Part shown: in pieces, positions 47,762 to 60,700 of the stretch
Position numbering within the stretch: position 1 is the first letter of the stretch
Layout: every line of letters begins with the position of its first letter
NCBI RefSeq assembly: GCF_006345805.1
Contig: NC_042998.1
Span: 30,442,001 to 30,506,000, forward strand
Direction of reading: 5' to 3'
Origin: Octopus sinensis
Lineage: Eukaryota
Length of the DNA: 64,000 nt
Notes under the pieces: generated by a model
The model's input: the letters and a program-made list of their open reading frames with translations, nothing else
What the model was told of the DNA's origin: nothing
Databases searched by the model: none
Made by a program: the position numbers and the translations under genes

Positions 47762-50212
47762 CATATATCTAATATTATATTTTTATTTTTATGTTTGCGT
47801 TTATTTTACTGTTTCATTTCCCTTTTAGTGGTTTGATCTCTAATTTATTTTCTACACCGTGCACACACACACACAAACACACACACACACCTATATGTGG
47901 GCCCCAGTACACACGAATGAAATCGGGTTCTCTTCATCAAAATGTGAAAAGGGGTCTACAATTATCATCGCCACAACTTATGTATGTCTTCCTCACTCAC
48001 TCTTTTTCCTAATGATAATTATCATCGCCACCACCACCACCACCAACACACAATATGGACAATCTTTCTCTTAAAACAAATCATGTTTACATTGCAACGA
48101 CGTCTGCCACCTCCGCCGTCTCTATTTATTCTGCAACGAGTTTATCAATGACAGCCGCAAAAGTTTTAATATTCCTACTTCACCTCTTTCAGAAACGTAA
48201 CGGATATTATTTTTTTTTGCGGGGTTAAAGGCCACTACATCCCGTCGGATTCACTCCTAAATTTACACCTTTTCTTTCTCCATCTCTCTCTTTTTTCACC
48301 TTCAATACTTTTTCTATATATATATAACCATGTTAACCACCTCCACCGTCTCCCTTTCTCTGCAAAAGTTTCTATATTCCCACTTCAGCTCTTTCAGAAA
48401 GGTAACAGATATTATTTATTCTTGCGTGGATAAATACAATTTATTTCTATGCTCAAGCTGGCCGTCGTTAACAACAATTTTTTCTGTAATTTTACAATTT
48501 CCCACTTTTGATATATTTACATCTTAATTATTTTCTTCGTTTCTCATTCCTAAACAGAATCAACTTTAGCATAACAAATATTTCATTTTCCAGATTTTCT
48601 TTTCAATATGCCTAGGCGTAAGCGCTCAAACTTATCAAACCACCGAGATAGAGTCAGGAAATCGAAAAGGAGGGAGGCACATGCTCGGGTAATTTTTTGA
48701 TTACTAAATAGCCTTTTTACCTAAAAGACAAATCTTTCATGTCCATCGATACAAATAAAGATGAGAATGATGCAGTCAAATATCCACCCGAGCTACTCAA
48801 CAAGCTAACACCTCCGGGACTTCCACCTCATCATTTGTGTTTGAAAGTTGGTGCTCCAATCATGGTGCTCAGAAATATGGAAACGCCTGAAATATGCAAT
48901 GGAACCCGAATGGTTATAAGGAGGATTCAAAGCCATGTAATACTGCTGAAATTTTGAGTGGACCATTTGTAGGAACAATCAAGATGAACATAAAATGAGT
49001 ATTTCACCCTCTGATGTCCCATTCAGTTTAAACGCTTTTCAATTTCCGATAAAACTATGCTTCGCGATGACAATCAACAATCACAGGACAATCACTGGAC
49101 ATTGTAGGCATTAACCTGTCACAACCGGTTTTCAGTCATGGTCATTGTACGTAGCCTGTTCTCGAGTTGGAAATCCACATAAACTCTTCATTCTTGGCAA
49201 TCATGAGCGCACAAGGAACGTGGTTTATCAGGAGGCTCTGACAAAAGAAACTGATTGTAAGTCATGAAATTTTGCTTGATTTTTTATTTTGCACCTCTTC
49301 ATTCTTGAAATAAAGACATTAAAAGAACATGCTTCATAAAGAACATTGGGTTCACATGTTTGCAAACATTTGATCCAACTCATTCTCTTTATTCCTCATT
49401 TCCAATTCCTTCTACGTCTCCATTAACGGTTTGTTTTTGTTTCTTGTTTTTCTTCTCTTCGCTAACATAAGACATTCATAAAGTGAATGAGTTGTTAATT
49501 ACATTTTATACACTATCCATTGTTTAGGTGGTGTCGAAAGGACTGGCATGTGTCACCATATAAACTCTCTCAGTCAAACTCCCAACTCATGAGTTCACGT
49601 CGTGATACTCTTTCTACAAAACTGAGCTGGGTGTGAATTCTAATTTCATTCACTATTACAGATTTTTTTTTTTTAAACAAACACATTGCCTCTTTCGTTT
49701 AAAAACAAACAATACTACCTTAATACATTGGTCCAACAACAAAACGTCCAACACTCACATTCTTTTATGTAACTGTCTTCCTCCATCACTCACTCACTTT
49801 TCTCCTTCCCCTTTCACATTCTATCTATAACGTCCGTTTCACAGCGTCTACCTCCCTTACATTCACTTTCTCTATATAACATCGTTTCACAGCGTCCGTT
49901 ATCCCTCCTCCCTGCCTTCCACAGCGCTTTCACACACTCTCACTCTCTACATCTGTCTGCATTCATAGAGAGAATTATCATCGCCACAACAACCACCCTC
50001 AATCATGACAACAAATATTATGAATCAGATATTTATTGGGTTAATTTATATGTGTGTGTGTGTATCTATATATAATATGTATATATAATAATTATTATAT
50101 TAAAGTGCATATATCTGTATTTATTTACATATATATATATATATATAATTTGTATACATTATATATAAATACCACGCTCTTACCCGCGCGTAGAGCGGGT
50201 CCCTTCAGCTAG
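47312..50212 (+). mobile_element. Internally deleted Helitron (2901 bp) with both termini
   Basis: 5' A|TC at 47312; 3' hairpin ACCCGC-gcgtaga-GCGGGT (50182-50200), then CTAG|T (50209-50212); PIF1-type helicase remnant inside. Confidence 0.88.
48739..49250 (+). pseudogene. Helitron RepHel helicase C-terminal remnant
   Basis: YPPELLNKLTPPGLPPHHLCLKVGAPIMVLRN..ICNGTRM, then broken frames giving QFPIKLCFAMTIN, VGINLSQPVFSHG and YVACSRV. Confidence 0.93.
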
Positions 50213-50245
50213 TATATATATTATATATGTAGTATATATATATAT

Positions 50246-50288
<43 letters not shown>

Positions 50289-50928
50289 ATATATATTATA
50301 TATGTGTGTATATTATATATATATATTATGTATATATATATATGTGTATATATATATATATATATGTTATATATGTATATATATTGTATATATATATATA
50401 ATGTATATATGTATATATATGTGTATATATATATATGTATTATGTATATATATATATGTATATATATATTGTGTATATATATATATATTATATATATATG
50501 TATATAATTATATATATGTATATATATATATATATGTATAATATATTATATATGTATATATATTATGTTATATATATATGTATGGTGCCAAGGATTCCAA
50601 CATCACCATCAAAATACAGGTCCAGATACTGCAACAGCTTGGGTTTCAGAGGACCACAGCTCTTTAACATCTCTCCCTAAATGCCTGAGAGACTTACATG
50701 GTGTGGATGTGGGTTTCTTTAAACTAAACTGGATCTCTTCTTGTTGGGAGTCCCAGATGAGCCTACCTCACGACAGGAGACGCGGATGCGGGCAGCAGCA
50801 TCGACTCCCGTTGTTTGATCAAGTGCCACGTATCAGAGGTGGATTCACAATTAGTGTAGCTCATTCAGCGGTGGTGCCCCAGCATGGCCGCGGCCTTCGG
50901 GCTAAAACATTTTAATGATTTAATGATT

Positions 50929-50960
<32 letters not shown>

Positions 50961-51040
50961 ATAGATATATATATATATATATGTATATATAATATATGTA
51001 TATAATATGTATATATATGTAGATATATGTATATATGTAC

Positions 51041-51071
<31 letters not shown>

Positions 51072-51167
51072 ATATGTATATATTATATATATGTATATAA
51101 ATATATGTATATATAATATATGTATATTTATTAATATATATAATGTATATATATATATATATATATT

Positions 51168-51206
<39 letters not shown>

Positions 51207-51209
51207 GTA

Positions 51210-51245
<36 letters not shown>

Positions 51246-51258
51246 TATATATATATGT

Positions 51259-51289
<31 letters not shown>

Positions 51290-51793
51290 GTGTATATATA
51301 TATAATATATATATATATATATTATATATATATGCATATATATATATATATTTGTAAAAATGAAGTTCGAAAATGCTGCTATATTATACAATTTTTAATT
51401 TTTTATATACATTATAACATGTTTCGTTCCTGAAATGAACCTTATCAAAAAGTTATATATAAAAAAAGACAGCTCATGCCGTCAATACAAGAAATTCATT
51501 TATAATACACACACAACGGAGTCAGACATCTTCAAGTTCAAATATAGTTTGAAGTAAGTTTCATTTATCTATATGTTCAAAGTGTTCGATGCAGTGGCCC
51601 ACGGTGGCGATACGTATTCAATACAAAAAACAGATCAAAGTGGTGAAAAGTATCAATACAGAAGATTGATGTTCCCGAAAGAGCGAGGAATTCATTTTTA
51701 CCTTGAGCAATTGTGATGACCCATGGTTGGTGTTCGCTGGTGATTATGTATATATATATAGTATATATATATATGTATATATATATATATTGT

Positions 51794-51838
<45 letters not shown>

Positions 51839-52001
51839 GTATATATATATATATGTATATATATGTATAATATATATATATTGTTATATATGTATATATA
51901 TATATTATGTATATATATGTATATATATATATATTATATATATGTATATATATTATATATGTATATATATGTATGTATATATATATATATATATATAATA
52001 G

Positions 52002-52034
<33 letters not shown>

Positions 52035-52075
52035 GATATATATATATATATATATATAGTATATATAATAAATAT
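50213..52075. repeat. Long TA-rich microsatellite field interrupted by a LINE fragment and unique islands
   Basis: Direct reading. Confidence 0.9.
50582..50930 (+). mobile_element. LINE 3' end, CR1/L2-group-like, with (TTTAATGA) tail
   Basis: YCNSLGFRGPQLFNI.PKCLRDLHGVDVGFFK.KLDLFLLGVPDEP resembles CR1-type ORF2 C-termini; tail repeats tttaatga. Confidence 0.75.
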
Positions 52076-52211
52076 TAGGGAATAAATCCAAATACAGGGA
52101 AAAAATCAGATTTAGGATTAAATCGATTTTTAGTATGACTTTTTATTAAAATTTTATGTATTGATTAAGTCTTTCCTTGTTTGTTTTGCAAAATAGTGGT
52201 TTTGTCTCGAA

Positions 52212-52265
<54 letters not shown>

Positions 52266-53086
52266 AGATGGAGGTGGAATTAGCACAGAAGTAAATCCAA
52301 GGCATTTCAATTTAAAGACGGAATTTAATAAAATATTATATAAATAAAAATATTAATATTACCGGTCTCGATGTATTTCATTTTATCAATTATCTTTAAA
52401 AAATTTTTAGAAAAATTTGAAAACTTTGAATTAAAAACAATTGACCTTCTGTCTGGTGGTGAAGAACATGTCTGGAGACTTTTCGCTGAAGTCTTATTGT
52501 TTGAAATAGAGTTAGAGAGTGAGAGAAGAGCTGTCTACTCTAAAAGAAATATTTGTATGTTCCTGTCAAAGGAGTGACTAAAACCCATTTATTGAATGGG
52601 TTTTATGTCCACCTATGTGTGTGTGTGTATGTATGTGTGTATTGTCAATGTGTATATATACATCAATTTTCAACATTAAAAAGGAAATATTACATGAAAT
52701 CAGTTTAATAGTCATGTACTTAATTAATGACTTATTAGGCGGTTTCTTATGGAATACTGGAAAGATAAACATGCTATCTATATATCAATTATGAGCCAGG
52801 AATCAGAAAAAACGAAGATATGTAGAGATACACACATATTTATCTATGTGCACACATGCACACATACATAAATACGTTTATATGAATATAGTATAACCAT
52901 CTCGCATAGACTTAACTATCCACAATTATCTATTTACGAACAAGAAAGATAACAATTTATAAGGGATAAGTGGTTAATAGGTTATGCACTCACACACACA
53001 CACACACATATATTTATTTACATATATATATATATATATATATATATACATTTGAGTGTGTATGCTGTTGGCATCGCCTTTAAGAT

Positions 53087-53137
<51 letters not shown>

Positions 53138-53141
<4 letters not shown>

Positions 53142-53338
53142 TAATCCAAACATGAAAACACAACAACGCGAGGACGTGGAACATGTATAGTGTTATTGGA
53201 CACTCAGAAAAGGAAAGAAAGAAGGAGGATCTAACGTTTCGAGCGGAGCTCTTCGTCAGAAACATAGAAAAAGGAAAGATCTGAGGAAGGGAAGACGGAG
53301 GAAAAAATTCGCCAACGATACACACGCAGTCACATATT
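53138..53338 (-). mobile_element. Second copy of the 210-bp hammerhead mini-element (HHR at 53229-53263, CUGACGA core)
   Basis: GUUU-CUGACGA-A-GAGC-ucc-GCUC-GAAAC-GUU/AGAU. Confidence 0.8.
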
Positions 53339-53344
53339 GAATAT

Positions 53345-53560
53345 ATATATATAGTAGTCATGCTGGAAGCATTGTGTATTGTTTGTGAAATATAACGTGT
53401 CTTGAATGGCACAACAATGCAGAATGGACTATAATAATGGTTATAATTTAATTATCATTGGCTGATATAATAATATTTCAGAATGCAAAAATTCCTTCTT
53501 CAGATATCGCTAGGAATTGATTGAGTCACTGCTATAATTGCTTTTCCAACGGTTAGCGAA
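53345..53560 (-). mobile_element. pLTR-like element with AU-rich hammerhead fold (53464-53508); relative of 61930-62250
   Basis: GAUAU-CUGAAGA-AGGAAU-uuuugc-AUUCU-GAAAUAUUAUU/AUAUC. Confidence 0.65.
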
Positions 53561-55499
53561 ATTTGTTTTTCGGAAGCATCTCTGCAGTGATCTCACGAAG
53601 CGCCACCCGGAATTTCCCATGAGAAGTGTGTGAGGGCAGCCATGTCTCAAGCTCGTACATGTTGGCACATCCGCAGCGCTGCTTCTAAATTATGTATTAT
53701 ACGTGCTTTTTTTGTTTTTTAATAATACATGAACACGTTACCCTTTGTTTGTCCCCTGCATATTTAGCGCCATGTGGACAATAAAAAAAATAAATATGTA
53801 ACATTGTGTGCGTGCTTGTGTATGTGTGTGACGAGAGATATCGCTATATCTATCATTGTGTATTAAAAGAGATAGAAGGTAAGGCAGCATTGTGTCTTTG
53901 AAGTCTGCGCTTGAGTGACGACACACGTTAAGAAGTATGGATACACGTGACTTCTTCACTGTGCTTGTTGCTTTAGTGTATGTCATTTGGAACGCGTGAA
54001 TGATTGCATAATCGTAGTTTGTGATTAATCCAATGTACCAGTGTGCGCATGGTTTCAATCGTATATATGATCGTGTGTTTGTGTGTTTTAAGCATTTGTG
54101 ATAGTTACACTCGATTGCTTTGTGGGTACCTTACGTATTCCATCAGCTTTTTGTACATAGCCGTGAGGTGTTTCTGTTAGTGTAAACATGTTTATTACTT
54201 TGCAAGTGCTTGTAGATAGTTTGTGGAGGGGAAACGTTGTTTGATCCTGATATATATACACTGTTTCATCGTCTATGTCTTTTGTTTTTTCTACATGGGT
54301 GATATTTGTACAAATTGCTATTTTGTTTAATATCTCTGTGTGTGCGTGCGTATGATGTAGGTGATGTACGTAAGTAGCTGTGTGCGTATGGTTTGCGTGC
54401 GATGTGCTGTCTCTGTATGTTTATGTTGGAAACTATATAAACTTTGTGTTAAGAACCAAGTTTGAATCATTTCAAAATGAAATGTGCAACGCTGCTTTTC
54501 TCAATTCACATAAAGAAATGAAGTCCAATATCGATAATGGTGAAGACGCTGCATTATAACAGCTTCTTTGGCATGTAGCATTGAATCTAAATCTATATAT
54601 TGGCAAACATTTCATAACGAAAACATTTGGCGCATCAATACCTATATTGGTGTCAGATAGAAATATTTCTTATAATCTAGTACAACTGGAGCGACAATAT
54701 TCGTCATCTAATTTTTTACGAGGAGATTTTGGTAGTCTATAGTTTCGAAATAATTTACTTAGTATTTTAATTGATTTGATGTTTAAGTGTGTCTAGGACA
54801 CGTCTAGAGACTCTTGGAATACAAAACCACACAGATCACATAAAGAAAATAATATGTACGTTCGGAATTTGGCTTCCAGTGTAGTAACGAAGATTTTTTT
54901 GTTTTAATTGCACTCATTTTTGAGTGAATTTTATTTGAGAATTATTCAATCAAAAACTGCTCGTTAATTTACGAAATGATGCTACTTACTATAAATATTA
55001 GAAATTGAAATGTGAATGTTTTATAATGAAGCAGAAAATGGTAAAATAATATTCTTATCATAACAAAACTGATTCAACATACTGAGCGATTAGCTTCCAT
55101 TTACTGATGAAATAGTCTAAATTTGCAGAATGAATTTAGAGGTATACAAACACATATACATACACACACACAAATACACACACACATACACACAAATACT
55201 CACGCATGTATGTATGTGTGTGCATACATATATATCAGCGTATGTACATATGCATGCGAAAGTGTAACCGTATTGATAACATTTCAATCAGACATGCGTA
55301 TGCAGTAAAGAAAAGACTTAATTAGCTCCATATTTTTTCCAATCAAATTCTGTAAGAACAAGAGACAACACAGGGCGTGTTTCAATGTAATCATTCCCCC
55401 GTTTTAGCAAATTATAGACTTCATTTACTGCCCCAAGTAGTTATAAGAAAATCGCTGTATTATTATCAATATTCATTGGTTTAATTAAATACTAACATA

Positions 55500-55715
55500 A
55501 TGGTTTCAAATTTTGGCACAAGGTCAGAAATTTTATAAGAGTGGGTAAGTTGATTGCATCGACCCTAGTGATCAATTGGTACTTATTTTATCGATCTCGG
55601 CAGGATGAAAACTAAAGTTAACCTCGGCAGCTTTTGAACTCAGAGCCTAAAAACGGACAAAATGCCGCTAATCATTTTGCCCAACGTGGTAATGATTCTG
55701 CGAGCTCGCTGCCTT
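55500..55715 (-). mobile_element. SINE family B, degenerate
   Basis: caattggtacttattttatcgatctcggcaggatgaaa..gcgagctcgctgcc. Confidence 0.75.
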
Positions 55716-55744
55716 TTTAAATTCTGAAATATTAAAATGAAATA

Positions 55745-56135
55745 TAATTGTTGTTGTCATCCTTTTGTCTCGGGAGACAATGGAGTTGTGCATAAACTAA
55801 TCCAGTCTGGTTCTTGCATTTCATGTCCTCTCCAGTTTCCTCTCCAGTTTTGCGCATGCGTGGGCTAGATGTAAGAACATCCTGGATAGCCCAATCGTCA
55901 GGATTCCTCTCTCGACCTTGCTGACGTAGTCCAAAGGAGTGCAGAGCATTATGTTTGGCACCAGCTTGGTTGCAGGAACTACCGGAAGTGTCGAGGCGAA
56001 CACTAAACCGCCTACGGGGCTCCACTCCGGATTTCTTTGAAGGCTGTCTCCTTTCCGTAACCCTGGATAGGGGTCCATACTGGGTACTGCCAGCTGAGCC
56101 CGGGACTCGTGTTAAGCAAGATCGTCACTCCCTTA
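55745..56135 (-). mobile_element. Unclassified GC-richer interspersed repeat with (CAA)n tail, probable retroposon
   Basis: Sharp GC increase; minus strand ends ggatgacaacaacaa. Confidence 0.4.
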
Positions 56136-56350
56136 AATAGTGAAGAAAATCGCTACCAACTACCTAAAATGAAATATAATATACCAAAGTATATTGGAGT
56201 AGTTCCTGCAGTTGTAAAAACAACTTAAACATTATTAAGCATGATGATAATGCTATTTTCTCAGCATAAAATTAATTCCATTTAGATCTTAAATATATTA
56301 TCACATCAATTTTTTTTCTTTTGGTTGTCACCCTTGTGGAAATTGTTTCT

Positions 56351-56732
56351 TGGAAGCACTCCGTCGGTTACGACGACGAGGGTTCCGGTTGATCCGATCA
56401 ACGGAACAGCCTGCTCGTTAAATTAACGTGTAAGTGGCTGAGCACTCCACAGACACGTGTACCCTTAACGTAGTTCTCGGGTATATTCAGCGTGACACAG
56501 AGAGTGACAAGGCCGGCCCTTTGAAGTACAGGTACAACAGAAACAGGAAGTAAGAGTGAGAGAAAGTTGTGGTGAAAGAGTACAGCAGGGATCACCACCA
56601 TCCCCTGCCGGAGCCTCGTGGAGCTTTAGGTGTTTTCGCTCAATAAACACTCACAACGCCCGGTCTGGGAATCGAAACCGCGATCCTATGACCGCGAGTC
56701 CGCTGCCCTAACCACTGGGCCATTGCGCCTCC
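56351..56732 (-). mobile_element. SINE head C + tail X
   Basis: Head ggaggcgcaatggcccagtggttagggc..ggtttcgattccc; tail ..gtcgtaaccgacggagtgcttcca. Confidence 0.95.
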
Positions 56733-56789
56733 ACTCAAATTATTTATATATTACATAAATACATACAAGCAAACATACACACATACAGT

Positions 56790-57300
56790 ATGTTGGAAAC
56801 CATAGCCACTCGTAATTAAAAGGAGTACTGGTGGAATGTCCCTCTGAAAACTTCAATAAAATGTAAGCACAACAGACCTGATATAATGATTTGGGATAGA
56901 GAAGAGAAACTGTGCACAGTTGTGGAAATTAGCCGAAGATCAGTAAAAAAGAGAGGACCTATGCTGAACTATTGAGAAATCTGAAGTTACTCTATCCAGA
57001 TTGCAAGTTCAGGTTTATACCTGTAATTATTGGGGCCCTTATATATGTAACAAACTGCTTTAATGCCAATCTTGAGAATTAGGCTTCTCAAAACCAGAAA
57101 GGAGAAAACTAATTCGAAGACTACAGATCCAATCCATCACTGGAATTGTAAAAATCTGTAAAACCTTCCAGAAGTTTATCATTTAAGATATATATGAGCA
57201 TGTCTAGATATGCAACTATATGCACGAGAATACATACATAAAGCAAATCATACAAATCTGCACATATACATACATACATACATACATACATACAGACAGA
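56790..57300 (+). mobile_element. 5'-truncated R4/Dong-type non-LTR retrotransposon: REL endonuclease end, 3' UTR and (CATA)n tail
   Basis: EYWWNVPLKTSIKCKHNRPDIMIWDREEKLCTVVEIS..FIPVIIGAL..KICKTFQKFII* (stop 57184-57186); RPD..E is the PD-(D/E)XK motif. Confidence 0.88.
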
Positions 57301-57306
57301 CAGACA

Positions 57307-57346
<40 letters not shown>

Positions 57347-60300
57347 AGTGTTTGTTTAGATGTACGGTATGTATGTGTGAATGTGTGTTTTTGCTATTTC
57401 AATTCAGACGTACCAGAATATGTATTTATCTATGTCATATCTTTCAGCAACGTATTGAGCGAAGTTAGCCTTTTAATAATGAAACAGTAGAGAACTCATC
57501 TCTATCGTCGAATCCCCATAATAATTTACAATATAATTTCTTCTGAGGTAATTTATTTGTATCATTTTCAATGTTACTAATGATTGGAGAACGTAATTGC
57601 ATGCATTCACATTGGAAATGATTTTCATGTTTCCATAATTCTATAAAACTTGAATGAACAAGCAACCTTCAATATTCGTTTTATAATATTACGTCTAGCA
57701 TATGGAATTAGGAATGTAAATAATTGTATTTTTAACATATTTATACATTTTAGCAACTCATTCTAAAGCTTTGAATAAAAGTGAAATTTCTTTGATTGTT
57801 ATATAAATTCTCATGAGAAAATACTTAAATTGTGTTCATGAAATATACAAAGTATATTTATGTTTTGATTATTGGATCTCTTTAATGCTTTTGTTACTGA
57901 CAAAAGGTAAAATATTCTACAGTAATAATATTATAATGATGTCTAGAATCTTCTGCAATCGAATGCTTCCATGATATACGTTATAATATCAATTATATCA
58001 ACATTGACTCGTAGATCACAGCTGGTGGCCTGCTTTAGAATCGATACTGCAAAAGAGACTTTGATCATAAATGTATTAACCAGGTCGGTATTAGCATTTA
58101 CAAACTTGAACCCAGTGATACAGCCTAATACATCGATCGCATAATTCTTTGAAATCATCTTCATATTCGATCGTCTTCTCACCTACTCATTGCTGCCCGG
58201 TCGATCCATTACACCATTATCAACAACTTCTAATAAGGGAGTATTTTTGAGGCAGTTCGACTTGCCAGATATAGTAGCAAATATTTCCTTCAAATCAAAC
58301 CCTTCTTTTTCTATAGGAAGAACTCATTGGATGATGTAGTCCTCGAAATATAATTGTAACCCTTGTCAATTTTATTACCGAGTGGCTCTGAATTGATATA
58401 GAGTATAGTCAACAATATAAGCCTTCATCTGCGGAAAGAAGGCACTTGACCTGTGAGAAATAGCAGTTACAATCCGTCAAATTCCACCTCACCATGTAGT
58501 TATGGATGCAGAAAAAATAGGATACACACGCTGGGTTGGTTTAAAGTTTATACGTGCAGGTTGATCAAAAACAACTATAAGCTTTGTCTTAATAGTTCGA
58601 CACACCAATTTTTCTATTATTACGTATTCACTCATCTTTTTCAAATGTCATGTGACAGACAACATTGCCAACTTTCTATTCAAGAGTTATTTTACTCCCT
58701 ACTGCACCCAACATGAAAATTTCAACTACTCTTGTCCTCGTCGCAGCACTGGTCTCTTCATTTCCAGTACCAAACATCGACGTATCTCCAGATCTACTGT
58801 ACAACATTCCTTCCATCTCTACTGCTCCACTGCCAGTATGCTTTAGTGCTTTTCATACTGACAGTGTAATGCCTTGTACATTTGAAAGACATCTCGCTCT
58901 CTATGCTAAGATATCTTGTTTCCGAAAATATAATATGAGTATCTTGAAACATATTTGACCTGAAATTTTTAAATCACCATCTCAACTTTCCCTTAGTCAC
59001 TCATAATAACTTTATTATAGGCATGTAGCCTGGACAAAGAGTGGACATAACAACGACAGGCACAATACCAGAGTGGGGACAAAAAACACAAAACGAATGA
59101 GTATGAATATTATATAAAAATGGAAAATGAGATGGCTGCGTAGGCCCCACTCCTCATGCAGTACCATTTGAACGTTTGTACACACTATATTATAATCGTG
59201 CTATTACTGTCTGTTATTTTTTCTTAATTATCATTTTTTCCTCTTTTTCCTTCGAAGTATTTTTCCTTTTTTTTTACTTTTTCTTTTATCAAAGTAATTT
59301 TACTTTTTCCCCCCCTTTTTAACGCATCATATAAGGCTCCAGTTCCCTGAGTTCAACTACTGGTGGTAGTTCATTGAACTCCACTTCCCTTAGTCCCTCA
59401 TACCATAACATTGAGTTCTCCTACACCCTGGTCCGAATGGGAACCGCCAACTCTACAAGCAACTTGAACCCACGATCTCTGTAGCTATCAACAAGCATCT
59501 TGAATTTCTCTAATTTATTTTCAGAGCAACTCAAGGCCATGAATGCCATTTCTCGTCCACTCAGTGATCTGTTATCTCTATCAAGTGTGTGGGCTTGTGC
59601 TCTCTACTTCATGTCAATTGGTTCACACAACACTAATAACCTAACCTCTTTCTCTTCCTCCAACGTTCTTTAACACTAATCCACGCACTCTCTCACTGTT
59701 ATTAGTAGTCTCTCCCTCTAACAATTCCTCACAACAATCACTTTTCCTTTGCCCTTCTACCAAAGCTAACCCCTTATTAAAGCATTTCAGTTACTGCATT
59801 TAACCCCTATTTACTTCCTGTCCCTTCAATTAACATATTTCCTTATTTGTTTTCACTTCTACCCTCCATTTCTAGACCAATGGTCATCGAATGACGTTTA
59901 CCCAAACCCTCGATTTAACTCCACAGCAAGACAACTTAGTGGCACTTAAAGCTATCTTGGTTCTTGTAAACATTTTTTGTCGACGGACACCATCACTTTC
60001 TACAGATTTCATATGTAACCCTTATAATAATAAATCATTTCAGAAGTAACTCCCTCAATAGTTGTCATCTAATGATCACAACTGTTGTTCTTTTATTGGT
60101 TTTATGCTTCTTTTTTTTTTTGTTAGCCGCTCGAAAGCCCTGATTGGGCAGACAATTGATTATTCTGGTTGTTTAAGAGTTTCTAAAACTACTCTGTCTA
60201 TTTTGTCCGCTCATTTACCAAGTGGGTGGACATGTGAATGGGGAACAAATGTGACTGTTATACATATCTGCTTTAGTAACTATCTAGAAGTCCTATCGTC

Positions 60301-60556
60301 GGAATAACACGCTGAATTAAATCCTGATGAACACATGTTTTTATTACACACATGTGAGTGAGAACACTTTGAGATATTTTTGGTATCTAACATATGTCAG
60401 ATACTGCGAGCGCTGCTTCTGATTGGTCGATCCATGGTGATGACCCGAGGTCACGGTGACGGCACTACTTTTGTCATTCATAAGTTACAACTAAACGTGA
60501 AGAATTTAGTTATTGGGTTAATAAAATATGGTCGTTTATTCGTGTGTAATAAATAA

Positions 60557-60700
60557 AATACCAAACTCATTCCCTATGGATACCGTATTTATTACAACTC
60601 GTGGCTTGTAAACGTATCTAACGAGCGAAAGCGAGTTAGATACGTTTACAAGCCACTCGTTGTAATAAATACGGTATCCATAGGGAATGAGTTTGGTATT
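60557..60700. repeat. 144-bp hairpin with 66-bp arms (MITE-like)
   Basis: Arms 60557-60622 and 60635-60700 are complementary except one 2-nt mismatch; 12-nt loop gagcgaaagcga. Confidence 0.92.

Noticed and set aside
60127-60307. Strong poly-T acceptor followed by an open frame (SKALIGQTIDYSGC...)
   Set aside because: No convincing donor or partner exon; poly-T followed by AG is common by chance here.
60318-60380. CTGATGA-A-ACACATGT..ACATGTG hammerhead-like start
   Set aside because: No GAAA after stem II (reads AGTGAGAAC), so the core is incomplete.
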